From NCBI RefSeq assembly GCF_963921235.1, contig NC_086097.1:65350001-65414000 (forward strand): a DNA stretch of 64,000 nucleotides. The letters run 5' to 3'. This DNA is from Mobula hypostoma. Its lineage: Eukaryota. Within the stretch, counting starts at the first letter, position 1, and the number at the start of each line of letters is the position of its first letter. The position numbers and the translations under genes are program-made. Positions 1 to 13,262 of this stretch are shown here, one piece after another. The notes under the pieces were generated by a model. It saw only the letters and a list, made by a program, of their open reading frames with translations. It made no database searches and was not told where the DNA came from.

Positions 1-1009
1 ATGCCTTTCTGGTGAATTGCTGCTCTATAGCATACTGAATAATTGCTGTGCTTTGATAATATAACATATGCAATCTAAATAATATTTTGCAAGCCTTTTC
101 ACCTACTTTGGCAATTGCTTAAGCCAGCCATTCAGATAATGCACCACCATATCAATAGAGTTCTTTTCTACCACTTAATGACACTGCTATGAATCAGCTT
201 CATTTTTGTTCTTAATCATTTTAGCTGGTTATGCATTCTAAATTAGATGTTACTGCAATAGAGAATAGCTGTTGATGGACGAGAGTGTGGAAGTGCATGG
301 GCAAATATAGAATTCCCCAAGTTGCAACACTCCCTTATATTAACAGTTCCATAGAATACTGGAGAATACAGAGTCATTCAGTATATTTTGTAACCTTCAA
401 AATTTTTTGTAAGATGATTTACATCTGTTACAGTCCATTCTTCTTTTGCGGCCAACAATAGTGAGCTGCTTATATCTTCATAATTAGACATTTCTAACTC
501 CCACTTCCATCGGAAATCTCATTATTCAAACTGATTTTCCTTCATCAATTCTTCCAAAATATAATCCATCATATTATTCAATACTGCGTTATATTGAGCA
601 TGCATTTGTCATGTCATTATATATTCATTCTTCTACAATTTGTCATAATCAGTCACAAATTTTGCATATCCTTCCTCACCTATTTAAAGAGTTATGAGCC
701 AACATCAATATTGCTCCCTCAATCACCATTTATATATAGTAAATAACAAAACAATGAACATTATTCAGGACAATTTTGGTTTCAGAAACTAGTCCTCTGT
801 CACTGGGCCCAGATTTTGCTGGTAAATAGCACCTGCATCACACAAAACACTGGAATTTATCACCATTAGTGTGCATACACTTCCAGGCTCCAAAACAAAT
901 TCCCAAACTTGCTGGTTGAGCTATCCATGCCATTTCCTGGCTCTGTCTTGACAAAAAACTCCGTATCTTGTAGTGGAGCTGGATTGCTTAAAATCAATAG
1001 ACCCCAAGA

Positions 1010-1553
1010 TATTGGAGCAGAATTACGCCATTTGGCCCATCAAGTCTGCTCCACCATTTCATCATCCAATTTTCACCTCAGCCCCCATTTCCTGCCTTCT
1101 CCCCATATCCCTTCATGCCCAGGCCAATCAAGACTCTATCAACCTCTGCCTTAAATATACATAAAGACATGGCCTCCACAGCTGCCTGTGACAAAGAATT
1201 CCACAGATTCCCCACTCTCTAGCTAAAATATCTCCATTCTAAAAGGACTCCTCCACCAAAAGAAACATCCTCTCCACATCCACTCTATCAAGACCCTTCA
1301 CTATTCAATAGGTTTCAATGAGGTCACCCCTCATTCTTCTGAATTCTAGTGAATACAGGCCCAGAGCCATCAGACACTCTTCATATCCATTCAATCCTAG
1401 AATGATTTTCGTGAACCTCTTTTGAATCCCCTCCAGTTTCAACACATCCTTTCTATGATAAGGGGCCCAAATCTGCTCACAATCCTCCAAGCGAGGCCAC
1501 ACCAGTGCTTTATAACATCTCAACATTACATCCTTGCTATTATGTTCTAGTCC
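1010..1553 (-). mobile_element. CR1 LINE 3' fragment
   Basis: ORF 1305-1526 (YKALVWPRLEDCEQIW...LGLYSLEFRRMRGDLIETY) matches the CR1 ORF2 C-terminus, followed by a CR1-type 3' UTR. Confidence 0.85.
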
Positions 1554-2484
1554 CTGGCACTTTTATTTTGGAATTCTGGAATCCTGGAACTTTATATTGC
1601 CTGGCACTTTTGTTGTGAAATCTGCCGTTATATCATAGGCAGGTTTACCTTTTTAAATATTGTTTTCTTCATGGCTTATTTGAATTTATTTATTCTTTTG
1701 TTTCTCAAAAATTATTATTTTTTGAAAAATAATTATTTCATTTGAGCAGATTTTAATCGTCATAAAAAGTCAGTCTCATTCAAAAGCAATTAACAGCTCT
1801 TACCCCTTTGATGTATGGCAAATTTGAGGGAGCTGGTTTTTCTGGCTGTCAAAGACAAGAAGACTAAGTTCTCAGCAGACATTATTCTGATCCACTCAGG
1901 GTGTCAATATTTGACCTCATGATCTGGATAAGCAAGTTTACTTACAGATTCAGCTGAAGCAATTTTCTGCAAATGGTGACTATGGGTAGAGTGTTGGGCT
2001 AGTGGATTCACCGCAAGAAATCAGCACCACTATCATTACTATGTCTTGTTTATGGTATGTTATCATAAACTTCTTAAAACAGAACACATAAAACAAAGCA
2101 GATGGCACAGTACTTTAAAAGTTTACTGTGCACAGTGTTAACCACCATAGAGATTATTCCTTATACATTCACAGAACGTAGAGTAGTATAGCACAGGAAC
2201 ATGCCCTTTGGCCAATGATGTCTCTGCTAACCATGAAGCCAATTTAAACTAATCCCATCTGCCTGCACATGGTCTGTATTCCTCTGTGCCCTCCTTCATC
2301 ATCTGTGTGTTGAAATGTCTCACCACTTCCCTGGCAGCACATTCAGGTTCCTAACATTTTCTGCACAAAAATTTGCCTCATTGGTCTTCTTTCAACTTTC
2401 TCCCCCTCACCTTAAATGTATGCCCTTTAGTACTCAATATTTTAATGCTAGGAAAAGGCTATAATTATAATTATAATAAATAAA

Positions 2485-2520
2485 AGTCCTGACGAAGGGT
2501 CTCGGCCTGAAACGTCGACT
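2485..2520 (+). ncRNA. Minimal type I hammerhead ribozyme motif
   Basis: agtc-CTGACGA-agg(gtctcgg)cct-GAAA-cGTC-gact: intact core, stem I agtc/gact, stem II agg/cct, palindromic ACGT in place of stem III. Confidence 0.8.
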
Positions 2521-2582
2521 GTACCTCTTCCAAGAGATGCTGACTGGCCTGCTGCATTCACCAGCAACTTTGATGTGTGTTA
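2485..2582 (+). mobile_element. Mini Penelope-derived insert (hammerhead plus 3' tail)
   Basis: Nearly identical to the ribozyme/tail segment of the PLE copies at 31776-34040; sits inside a CR1 3' region. Confidence 0.85.
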
Positions 2583-3736
2583 CTCTAATTATTTACTCTA
2601 TTTTGCTTCTCACAATTTTATATACTTCCACCAGTTGACCCTCAGATTCCAATTCTTCAGAGAAAACAGTTTTTTTTATCTAACTTTCCCTTATAGTCAA
2701 TGCAGTCTAATGCAGGCAAAATACAGATGAGCCTCTTCTGAATCCTTTCCAAAGCCTCTGCGTCCTTCCTGTAATGTAGAAAACAGTACTGCACACAATA
2801 CTCCCAATGAGGTCTAACCTATGTTTCATATAGCTGCAGCATAACTTCCCGACTTGACATTCAATGCCCTGACTGATGGTGCATACTGTCTTTACCAGCC
2901 CAAGATCTCTTTGTGCTCTGATGTGTCATGCCATTCACTGTGTATTTTTCTGGTATAGTTCACCTTCCAAAGTGCAACACCTCACACTTGTCTAAATTAA
3001 ACTCAATTTCCCATTTATCTGTCCATATTTCCTGTTGAATCCCTTGACAAACTTCACACTGTCTACAACGCTACCTATTTTTGTGAAATCTGTCAACTTG
3101 CAAATCAGTCCCTCTATATTTTCATCCAATTCATTTACATATATCACAAGTAACAGAAATCCCAGCACAAATCCCTGTGGAACACCACTAATTACAGTCT
3201 TCCAGTCAGAATAACACCTCTTCACCACTACACTCTGTCTTCTATGGTCAAGCCAATTTTGAATTCAGTCTACCAAATATCCATAGATCCCATGTGCCTT
3301 AATTTTCTGGATCAGCCTACTATGTTGTTCCTTGTTCAAAGCTTCAAAGCTTATGCTAAAGTCCATGCATATAACAACCACCATCCTACTCTCATCAATC
3401 ATCTCTGTCATTTTCTCACAAAACTCAAGCAAGTAAGACATGACCTCTTCCACAAAGACATAATGATTACCCCTAATAAGTCTTGGCGTTCCCAGATGCA
3501 AGTCGATTAACATTCCTCAGAATCTTCTCCAATGATTTCCACACCACAAATGGAAAGGTTACTAGCAAATAATTTCCTTATTACTCTTCTTAAATAGAGG
3601 AACAATACCAGTTATTCTCTCGTCCAATACTAGACTTCTCCTGTGGTGAGTGAGAAAACAATATCTCTGTCAAGGCCTCAATAATCTTGCCCCTCTCGAT
3701 AATCTGGGATAGATATCATCATGCCTCTTGGACGTA

Positions 3737-3947
3737 TTGTTGTTCAGTTATTTAGTCAAGTCTGACTCTTTGTGACCTCATGGACCATTGGGTCCATAGG
3801 GTTTTCATGACAAGATACGGAAGTAGATTTCCAGGCCTTTCTTTGGTGCAGATACTGCTGCTGCCCTGGATGGGAGCTGGCTGGGTGTGAACTCAGGACC
3901 ATCTGCCTTAAAGTCCAGTGCTGATGCCACTACACCACCAGCTGACC
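3737..3947 (-). mobile_element. tRNA-derived SINE with RTE/BovB-type 3' tail
   Basis: Minus strand head ggtcagctggtggtgtagtggcatcagc...gagttcac (A/B-box-like); tail gtcacaaagagtcagacttgactaaataactgaacaacaa. Confidence 0.75.
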
Positions 3948-4462
3948 CCAGGGACTTATCCACCTTAATTTTCTTCAACAGACTACCATCTCCTTCATAT
4001 CAATATACCTTAGAATATCAGCATAGCCCTCCCTGATGTCACAATCCTCCATCTATTTCTCATTGGTAAATACTCGTGTAAAGTACTAATGTAGTACCTT
4101 GCCCAGTTCCTCTAGCTCCAGGCACAAATCCCGGAGTGGTTAACACTCACGTTGGTTAACACTTTCAGGTGCACATCCCTCATCTTTGAGTGGTTCTTTT
4201 CCCTCTGGACCACTCTCCTTTTGTTATGAATGTCTCCAGATTCTCTTTAATCCTTCTCATAAAAGGCATTCCATCACCCTATTACCTCTCCTGATTTCCT
4301 GTTTAAATTCTTTCCTGCTTCCTTTATATTCATTAAAGATCCTGTCCGATTTCAGCTTCCTAAACTTATACATTCTTCTTTTTCCCCTTTAACTAAATTT
4401 GTAACATCTTTTATCACCAGCATTCCCAAACGTTGCCAAACTTGTCTTTCCATCTCATGAGA

Positions 4463-5745
4463 ATTCTTCTTCTTCTGACTTCTAATGGTGGTTGGCAGTC
4501 CAACTTAAAGGTGCATTACCACCACCAACTGGACTGGAGTGTGGTGTAGAGAGTTGGGAAATAAAACGCCTGCTAGTTCTTTATCAACTGAAAACTAAAT
4601 TACCCCAAAAAGCCCTATAGATTTTAAATAATGAAAAACAATATTGTAAATTAAATTAAAGTCACTTCCATAACTTAAAGTTTTTAAATGAAAACTGTTA
4701 CACTGTAAAAGAATATGTTCAACTGTTTCATAATGATAACAACACCTACACACCCCAGAGCGATGTTTTCCAACAAGATACAAAGAATAATTAAGCATAG
4801 TATGCTCAATTCTAAGTCGAGTTAATATAATTCCTTCCTTTCTTGTTTTACCCCATTCTCCCATCAACCCAACAGTTTTGTGTATTCTGTAAAGGGGTCT
4901 CCCCTTATGCCAATATCCCACAGGTCTTGCCATAATCCCCTAATTCTTAGCCCCACCGACCCCTTAGCTTCTGATTTGCTAAGTGGAAGGTCCATATCCA
5001 CAGATGAACTTTTAACAGATGTTTTGGCCAATCAACCCATTCATTCCGCTCAACACCTCTATATGCAGGAACCCATAAGAAGAGGACATGTAGACCAATA
5101 CTTTGAATATGAAATAAAGTTTGAAGAGCTTCCAGCAGTAAATCAGATCTATTGCTAGAACAACCTGTTTTAAGACTAGTCAAAACCCAGAGAGAATCTG
5201 AACAAATTATAACTTGGCAAGGACAGATTTCCTCCACCCTCTGTAAGCCCAAAATGCTGGCAACCAGTTCTGCAGTATATTTCATTATTGCTACCTGTAA
5301 TTCAGGCACAAAAACAGCCACACCAACATTTCCCGTTAAATTATCTTTTGATCCATCAGTAAAAAAGTGGTTACGTATCACAATAATTCTCCTCAACATA
5401 CTGATGAACCAACAGACTCTCAGGCATATTAGGATCCTTGGATTTCATTAAATCATGCAACCTAAAATCAACTAAAGCCATTGAAAAAAAACATGGTGGG
5501 GTTACCGAAAAAACTGAAGTGGGACGAATTACATAATCCAGCAAACTGATATTCCTAGCACGACGAGAACACAGCCACCCAAAACTAAAAATACTCTTCT
5601 GATGTTCCCAACGGTCTTCCAACACACTTCTAACAGGATGATCATTCCTCTGCTCCTCTCATGGGGATTTCTGACCAGCTGGGCTTTAAATAACTCCAAC
5701 ATATCAGATGTGGATTTAACCAATAACAGCTGCTCCCAACCTACA
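4463..5745 (-). mobile_element. I-group (Nimb-type) LINE 3' fragment with RNase H
   Basis: ORF 4947-5399 has RNase H motifs (FTDGSK, AEL, CSDS, WVPAYRGVERNE..D); ORF 4595-4933 has LTRLRI.H and C..C...ETVEHILLQC zinc knuckle; (GAA)n tail. Confidence 0.85.
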
Positions 5746-6164
5746 CTCCTCAGTTCTGTTTGATACTACTATAATTAACCAGCCCTCAATTACCAAGATC
5801 CAGTCTTATTCTTATCCATAACTATCTGAAAACTTACAGAGTTATAATCACTATTACCAAAATGCTCTCCCATTCAAACTGTGATCACTTGGCCAGGTTC
5901 ATTTCACAAACCAAAGTCTAGTGTGGCTTCTTCTGTTCCAGGATTATCTATAGTCTGGATCAAGAAACTGTCCTGGAAAAAAATAATTTTTGCCCCATCT
6001 AAGCTTTTGGAATTAATGGAATCCCAGTTAATATTGTGGAAATTGAAGTCATACATTGCAACTACCCTGTTACTTCTGTATCTTTCATATCTATTTCTTT
6101 GACAATTAGGAAGTATATGGTATAATCCCAACATAATGATTTCATCTTTCTTATTCCTCAGCTT

Positions 6165-6437
6165 ATTCCTGGTGGTGGCATGGATGGTGAGGGTCTTTGG
6201 TGATGGATGCTGCTTTCCTGTGCACTGCTCCTTGTAGATGTTCTCAACAGTGGGGAGGGCTTTACCCGTGATGGACTGGGCTGTATCCACTATATTTTGT
6301 TGAATTTTCTGTTCAAGGACTTTGGGCTTTTCATACCAGGCCATGATGCAGCCAGTCAGTATGTTCTCCACTGTGCTTCTATAGAAGTTCGTCAATGTTT
6401 AAATGACATGCTGAATCGCTGCAAACTTCTAAGAAAG
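6165..6437 (-). mobile_element. Rex1/Babar LINE fragment
   Basis: NFYRSTVENILTGCIMAWY...LQ..V.TAQSITG motif within ORF 5904-6395. Confidence 0.75.
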
Positions 6438-6559
6438 TCCCCACAAAATCTCATCACTTCCTTTCAGATATATCCTACAATCCACATCTTAGACCTCGGT
6501 TAATATGTCCATGTCTGATATCTCTTCTATGTGTTACCCTACGGCATTTTTGCAAGCAC

Positions 6560-8905
6560 TAGCTATGTACATACTTCTGTTAATGCTTCTGGACAGATGG
6601 CTAGCTACTAAAGACTCCATGGCTCCCCTCTTTTGAGCCACAGCCATCTTGAGGTCCTGTCTGCAGCATCAGTGGTACTGTGGATGGCTCTCCTCTTCCT
6701 CTCTCCCTTGATGCCCAAATTGCTGAAGGCTCTACCTAAGGAACGGGTTGTGAATCCCCTACATCCAACCTCCACTGGGAGACATCTTGCTCTCCATCCA
6801 GCCTGCTGGCAGTTGCTGATCAGTCCTGAGTACTTGGAGTGCTTCTTTTCAACGGCCTCTTCCAAGCTATCTTCCCATGGGACTGTCAACTCCAGCAGCA
6901 CCACTTGCTTAGTAGACTCAGACACAAGGACAATGTCTGGTCGCAGGGTGGTGGCTGCGATATGGTTGGGGAACGTCAGCTGCCGTTCGAGGTCCACCAA
7001 CAGCTGCCAGTCCCTTGCAGAGGTCAGGATGCCTGCAGATGTGCTTTTGGCGGGTATTGGCTGCTCCCCAGCTCTGACAAAGGCAATGGTCTGCTTGGAG
7101 GGTCGGGACTGCTTCGCCCACTCAACTCCTGCGATGATGGCTTCAGCGATGGTCTTCAGGACCTGACCAAGACTCCATCAGCACTTGGTCCCTCACCAAG
7201 TGCCCTTGCGCAGCCACTGAGGAAGTGCTCCAGTGTTCCTCGCTTGGAGCACAGTGGGCACGCAGATGACTCTGCCTTGCCCCATGTGTGCAGGTTTGAT
7301 GGGCTTGGAAACATCGTACACTGCCTGGATGAGAAATTGGATGCAGTGTGGTTCGGATTTCCAAAGATCAGTCCAGGTCACCTTCCTTTCAACCGCATTC
7401 TCCCATCTTGTCCAAGCTCCCTGTTGCTTCATTCCCACCGCCTTGCAGGTTCTCGTCTCCTCCACTACTGCTCTCAACTCCATCTGAACTAGACGACACC
7501 TTGCCTTCCCTCTGGTGTCCATTTGGGGAGTTGGGAAGGATCCTAGCCCAGCTCAGCCTCGTGTGACCTCTCCCAACAGCCTCCTGTGATGCAGCCTTGC
7601 CTCTGCTTCCTGAACAGCTTCGTCAGCCCTCCACTTCCTGCCAGTCCTCACTTGGATCTCTGCTCTAGCCACCTTCGGATCACTTGAGTCCCTGTACTGT
7701 AACACTTCTCCGGCTCTTGTTACCTTGAGTTCTTCCTCCAAGGATTTGAAGGGCAGTTGCAGTTTGTTGTGGTGTCCATAGAGTGCGATGCTGCTCAGGC
7801 TCTTTGGCAGCCCCAGCCATCTCCTGAGGTGGTCGCTAACCTTCTTCTCTCAGGTTTCGACTGTCGAGATTGGAACTGCATAGACGAGGAGGGGCCACAG
7901 GATTCTGGGAAGAATGCCATGCTGATACACCCAGGCTTTAAACTTCCCAGGTAGGCCAGACATGTCCACAGATTTCAGCCAGTCATCCAACTCAGTGCAG
8001 GTCACCTGGATGGATGCCATGTCCCTTAAAGAGCTGTCAAAAACTTTGCCTAAGCTCTTGACTGGCTTTTCTGTGATGGTTGGGATGGCTGTGCCTGCGA
8101 TGCTGAACCGGAACTTGTTCTCCACCTTCCCTTTCCTCAGCACCATCGATTTTGATTTGGCGGGTTTGAAACGCATCCGGGCCCACTCCACCAGCTTTTT
8201 GAGCCCTTGCAGAATCCACTGGCAGCCTGGGACTGATTCTGTGGTGACTGTGAGGTCATCCATGAATGCCCTGATAGGTGGTTTCCATTGAGCGGAATTC
8301 ATTCTGGGTCCTCTGCACTCTGGTTCAGCAGACTTAGTGAGCATGTTCATGGCTAGGGAGAACAGTGTCACTGAGATAGTGCACCCTGTGATGAAGCCGA
8401 TCTCCACCTTGTGCCAGGTTGATGTAATTGCTCCTGAAGAGACCCTCATCCTGAAGTTGCTGTAATAATCAGCGATAAGGTCTCTAATTCTGCTGGGGAC
8501 GTGATATTTGATCAGTGTGAGCTGCACCAGCTTGTGCAGAATGGCATTTATACATTTGCCAGGTCGAGCCACAATACTCACCAGTTGCCCTTTTTCTCTC
8601 TGGCCTCCCTGATGAGCTGTGTCACCACACCGGTATGCTTCAGACAGTCCGGCATCCCTGAAATGTCACCCTTCTGGACTGATGTATCAATATAGGTGTT
8701 CTTTGCTAAGTAGGTGCACAGCCGGTTAGAAACAGCACTGAAGAAGATCTTCGCCTTGACACACAGCAGGGAGATGATGCGAAACTGATCTATCTGGGTA
8801 GCATTTTCCTCCTTCGGGATCCACACCCTTTCAGCCACTCTCCACTGTTCTGGGATCTTCCCCCTTCTCCAGAAGATTCTCAGGATCTTCCACAGACGCA
8901 GCAGG
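6560..8905 (-). mobile_element. Non-LTR retrotransposon with restriction-like endonuclease (HERO/R2-group type), 5' truncated and frameshifted
   Basis: RT motifs (QFRIISLL, GCTISVTLF, AFMDDLT), CCHC remnant, and RPDIVL...LLELTVPWE...PVEVGCRGF endonuclease in ORFs 8578-8934, 7850-8581 and 6608-7000. Confidence 0.9.
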
Positions 8906-10799
8906 AAGAAATGATTTGTGAAAGTAAATTGCATATATTACCTATTGATATGCCACAATTTTAAAAGTATGTGCACATTACTTTTCTTTACAGAAAATTA
9001 CTTTTGCATCCTGTTGCAATGCAAGAAAAAAAAATATATATATATATAAATAAATTAGTACATCGATGGCTTATAAAACTCTCAGAAAAGCACTGCCTGA
9101 CAAATGAAGGTTAAAAAAGTTAATTTGTCACATAAAACTTACTTTTATTTTTATTTTTAATACCTAATTGAACATTATAAAGGATACCAATTACTTAGCT
9201 TAATTTAAACAGCATCTCAGTGTAGAAGATGGCATTATCTATTATCATAAGTGACTTCAAGGTCAAATTCTTCTTTTCTAAAAGGAGGAGTTAAAAACTG
9301 AAAAATAACAAAACCTCTAATTCCAGCAAGGCTAGTTTCAGAATTTCCTTAATGACAAAGCATGGAATCATTACTCCAATAAAAACCTATTCATTAGACA
9401 ACCAGTAAAGACTTTCAGTTTGATATGACATAATAATACAACATACTTTAATATCTGCGACTAGAGTTAAGATGGCATATTGGCCAAGTTTCTAACTGCA
9501 CAATCAGTAAGACATTATACTTCAGTATAGACCTGCGTGTCTCATTGTAGCCTAATTTAAATCAGCTCAGCTTTTTGATCCAAGTCCAATAGTAGCCAAA
9601 ATAAAGCAATCAAGTTGATGCCAGTTTGGATCATGTGAAAAATGACTAAAAGCAGGCAGCCAGATCTTTTCCATTCAATTCAAATAATTACAGCAGACCA
9701 AGGAGCAATAAAAGGAACAGATGGCATCATGTTGCCAGTCTAAATATTATGTCATATACTGCAGATTTTATTGATCTACTTTTAATGAAAGTGGATTTTG
9801 TAGCAAGTGTACATTGCTTTCATGTGTGAAATAACCTTTTCTTATCCAGTATGTAAAGAATAGCAGAGACTTGCATTATTGTAATTGGTATGACTGAAAA
9901 CCACTGTTTAATATTGTTTAAATCCCTAACAAAACTATATGTAAGTAATCACAGAGCACGCTACGATAATTTTTATTTAGCAGTTTAAATATACTGATTT
10001 CTGGTCAGCTAATTACAAGGTGATTTTTCACTGCTTCACTGCAGTAAAGCATTGTCCAAGTTTAAAGGGCAATAATATTTCTAAATGGATAAAGACAACC
10101 TTCATTAAGGTTTATATTTGCTTTAATATGTCTGCTTTTATTTTCATTACATTGTTTTTTTTTTGTTCGAAGAACGTGGAATTTGTTTTACCTTTATTAT
10201 TTTGCTAGCCAGGTTCAGACTCGGATGAATTGCAACACAGGGAAAGCTATACTAAACTGGAGCACGGCCAATATTTATCAAAGCAGGTTCACTGCACAAT
10301 ATCAAGAGCTCACAGTATTTACACCTTTGTAGAATAGATGTGTACCCATATTGGAGTGAATGAACAGGCAATATCAAGAATAGGAGACACCAAGCAAAGT
10401 GGTAGTTTCCTGGCAGCTTGAATCATTGAGCTTCCAGTGCTTTGTCCTTTATATAAATGAGTAGAATATAAATAATTTGGATAGGGCTTTGTTGAATGTA
10501 TATCTTTATTTAGAGCAACAAAGCCTGTATAATATTGTTATTTTTTATTTAAATATGCCTTGTCAAATTTCTGGTATTATCTATTTTAATAACAGCCCTC
10601 TTCTCTCCAAGTTTTCTTTTAACAATCATCCTCCAAACCTCAATCTCCACCTGAAGCATATTTACAAGGACAAACATTCAATCAATTAGTGGAGGCTTTG
10701 ACTCTTTAGGATAAATTTATTTACTTTCCAGACACAATTCCACAAAGTTTAATACCAAACTGGAAGAACAAAAGACAATTTGATATGGCAAAGTAATAT

Positions 10800-11065
10800 G
10801 TTAGCACAGTAGTTATGCTTCTGAACTAGTAGTCCAGATATCTGGTATAATGATCTAGCTACAAAGGTTCAAGAGCAACCAGGGAATATAAACTGACTTA
10901 ATCAAGTTTCTCTGAAAATACCTTCAACAAAGGCATTGGTTAGACTACCACCGCTTGATTTTCATAAAATTATAGGGAAGGAAATATGTTGCTCTTTTTA
11001 TTACAAGCCTCTCTGCGACCCTGAACTGACAACAGGGTGACCCACTGGAGCACCCTTTAAAAGAA
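10800..11065 (+). mobile_element. Old, degenerate tRNA-derived SINE
   Basis: ttagcacagtagtt...actagtagtccaga...ggttcaa head and tagggaaggaaat body resemble a common chondrichthyan SINE; highly diverged. Confidence 0.5.
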
Positions 11066-11149
11066 GGGTAGTGCAGTCTGATGTGACCAGAATGAACATT
11101 AAATTTTCCTGAATGCTATTGGTATCGCTTTGCTTTGGAAACTGAAATA

Positions 11150-12109
11150 GAAAACCTCAGTTTATTAAAGAAGAACAGTGCGTAGCAAAGCAAATATAGC
11201 TCCTCCTCATTTAACGAAGGACATTTTTGATGGCATTTCTAGTTTATCTGCCACCCTCATGCCTCTCGTTGTCATTCTAGAGATGTGCAGTCCTTTCATC
11301 CCCCGTGTCTTCATCTCTTCTGCTGTTTATTCTTTGTCTCTGATCCAGGAGACGTGCATGCCTCTCGTCCTCTGTCTCCTCTTCTCTGATTTTTTTTGTC
11401 CTAACTCTTTGATCCTGGAGTCGTGCGGCCCTGGCCTCATCCGATTCTTGTTCTCTCCCTCTCCTTGCCGCTTCCCAACGACGTTTGGCATCATCTCTTG
11501 ACCGTAATGTTCCCTTTCCTTTTCCACGCAGCCTATTTAGGCTGACCATTTTTTTTACCCTAATGCTGGATAGAAGATACGAAGCAGTAACACCAAAGGA
11601 TGCTGATTATTCTTGATGATGTGGTTGGCACTCTCCTAAATGGACGTGATATAGTCACCGCTGTCCTTTGACTGCAGCAAAGGGTTTTATGGGTGTCTCA
11701 AAGTACATCATTACAATAAAATGTAATTATCTCTTATTGATGGGTGGCAGTTAGATCTGTCCCAATCCTGCACATGCTGATGGTGATTAGCAGCATGTGA
11801 CCCCTTGAAATAGAGCTGTCCTGCCCTTTTGCTCCGGTTGGTGTCGCTGCTGAGGCTGGCCGTGTGCATGCGTCGAGCTGTTCGATTTCCATAATGGCCG
11901 ATCGGCTCTCGGGTGAAAGCCAGCCTGTTGATTTTTTGGCGAATGAGCAATTTTATACAAATATATAACCCTGAACTTTGCCTGCATCCCGTAAATTAGC
12001 ACATTTTAATTCGATGTAGCCAAACAAAGTGCCACTGTAATGCACCGTTTGCGCTAATTGGAGGTCACAAACAGACAGACAGAGCATGAGAGTTTTAGTA
12101 GTATATAGA
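11150..12109 (-). mobile_element. Helitron 5' fragment
   Basis: Minus strand begins A|TCTATATACTACTAAAA...TGTCTGTCTGTTTGT, a typical Helitron 5' terminus. ORF 11277-11549 encodes E/R-rich repeats (ESDEARAARL, ETEDERHARL) like Helitron ORF N-termini. No 3' hairpin/CTRR end found. Confidence 0.65.
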
Positions 12110-12635
12110 TTAAGTTCAGAAATAGTATTGTAGGACAGACCTTTATGCTTCGACAAAGGGATTAGACTCACGTATGATAAAACCATACACAAGTTGGTAA
12201 TGTAGCTGTATGTGCAGTATATTCTGGACAGAAGACTTCAGGTTCCTTTAATTGCCAACATTGTGAAATAAATCAGCCAGATCCTGAATGACCAGAATCA
12301 ACATAATGGAAGAAGTACCACTTGATCCGCAGTGATACGGCTGTTAATGCTTTATTTTCTTCAGTATTAGTCAACTCACCTCAGCATGGAAGTGTATCGC
12401 AAAAATTCTTTGTGCTTTTTATAACTTATAACACCTGCTTCTTAATAGTGACTTCCTGATTCTCCTCATACTGCTTCATGAATTTACTATCTTCTACATT
12501 CTTCTCCTTGGTGAATACAATTAGGACTTTGACCACATCATCTGGTTGAACACATCGGCGAATCCATTGGAATGTTTGTTCCCTGGATATCTTCATTTTA
12601 TGTGCTTTTAGTACTTTCACATATATTTTCATTGT

Positions 12636-13190
12636 TAGAACATTAAACAGAACAAATCAAACACAGGCTCCTCAAGCCACAATGTTGTGCCAAACTAGTT
12701 AAGCTAATAACACCTAATCCGTTCTGTCTGCACATGGTCAATACCATTCCATTCTCTGCATATTGATATGCCAATTTAAGAGGCTCTTCAATGTCTCTAT
12801 TGTAGCTGCCTCTACTACCACCTCTGGCAGCACATTCCAAGCACCCATCATGCTCTGTGTAAAATAAAAACCCCCCCACACATCTCCTTTGAACTTTTGC
12901 CCTTTTATCTTAAATGCATGTCTTCTAGTACTAGACATTGTAACCCAGAAAATCATATACAGTATACTGGTTGTCTACTCTATCTATGCCTCTCATAATT
13001 TTATAAACTGCTCACAGTTCTCCCCCCAGCTTCCACAGCTCAAGAGAAAACAACCCAAGTTTGTCCCACCTCTCCTTATAATGTTCTCGGATCCAGGCAG
13101 CATCCTGGTAAATCTTTTCTGCACCCTCCAAAGTCTCCACATTGTTACTTTAATAGTACAACCAGAACTGAATGCAATATTCCAGATGCA
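12636..13190 (-). mobile_element. CR1 LINE 3' fragment
   Basis: TRRHAFKIKG.KFKGDV...FTQ...AWNVLPEVVVEA motif in ORF 12738-12956. Confidence 0.8.
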
Positions 13191-13262
13191 GAGAGATACT
13201 GATTAATAATTGCTAACAAATATTTTTCACTAACATACTTAATAGTTAGCATATATAAACTT

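Larger units (their letters stand above)
2165..6500 (-). mobile_element. Decayed CR1 LINE interrupted by younger insertions (mini-PLE, SINE, Nimb-type LINE, Rex1 fragment)
   Basis: RT remnants (SGVPQG..LG..LL.IY.N.LD at 2992-3228; D.S..F at 3265-3513) and endonuclease remnants (DFNFHNINWD at ~5900-6100). Confidence 0.75.

Noticed and set aside
5904..6395. 163-aa ORF as a host gene
   Set aside because: Chimera of Rex1 and CR1 endonuclease fragments
6633..7492. Long plus-strand ORFs (also 34219-34995)
   Set aside because: Antisense shadows of the RLE retrotransposon ORFs
10821..10846. ctag plus palindrome ccagatatctgg as the Helitron 3' end
   Set aside because: It lies within the head of a degenerate tRNA-SINE and the hairpin is short and not GC-rich
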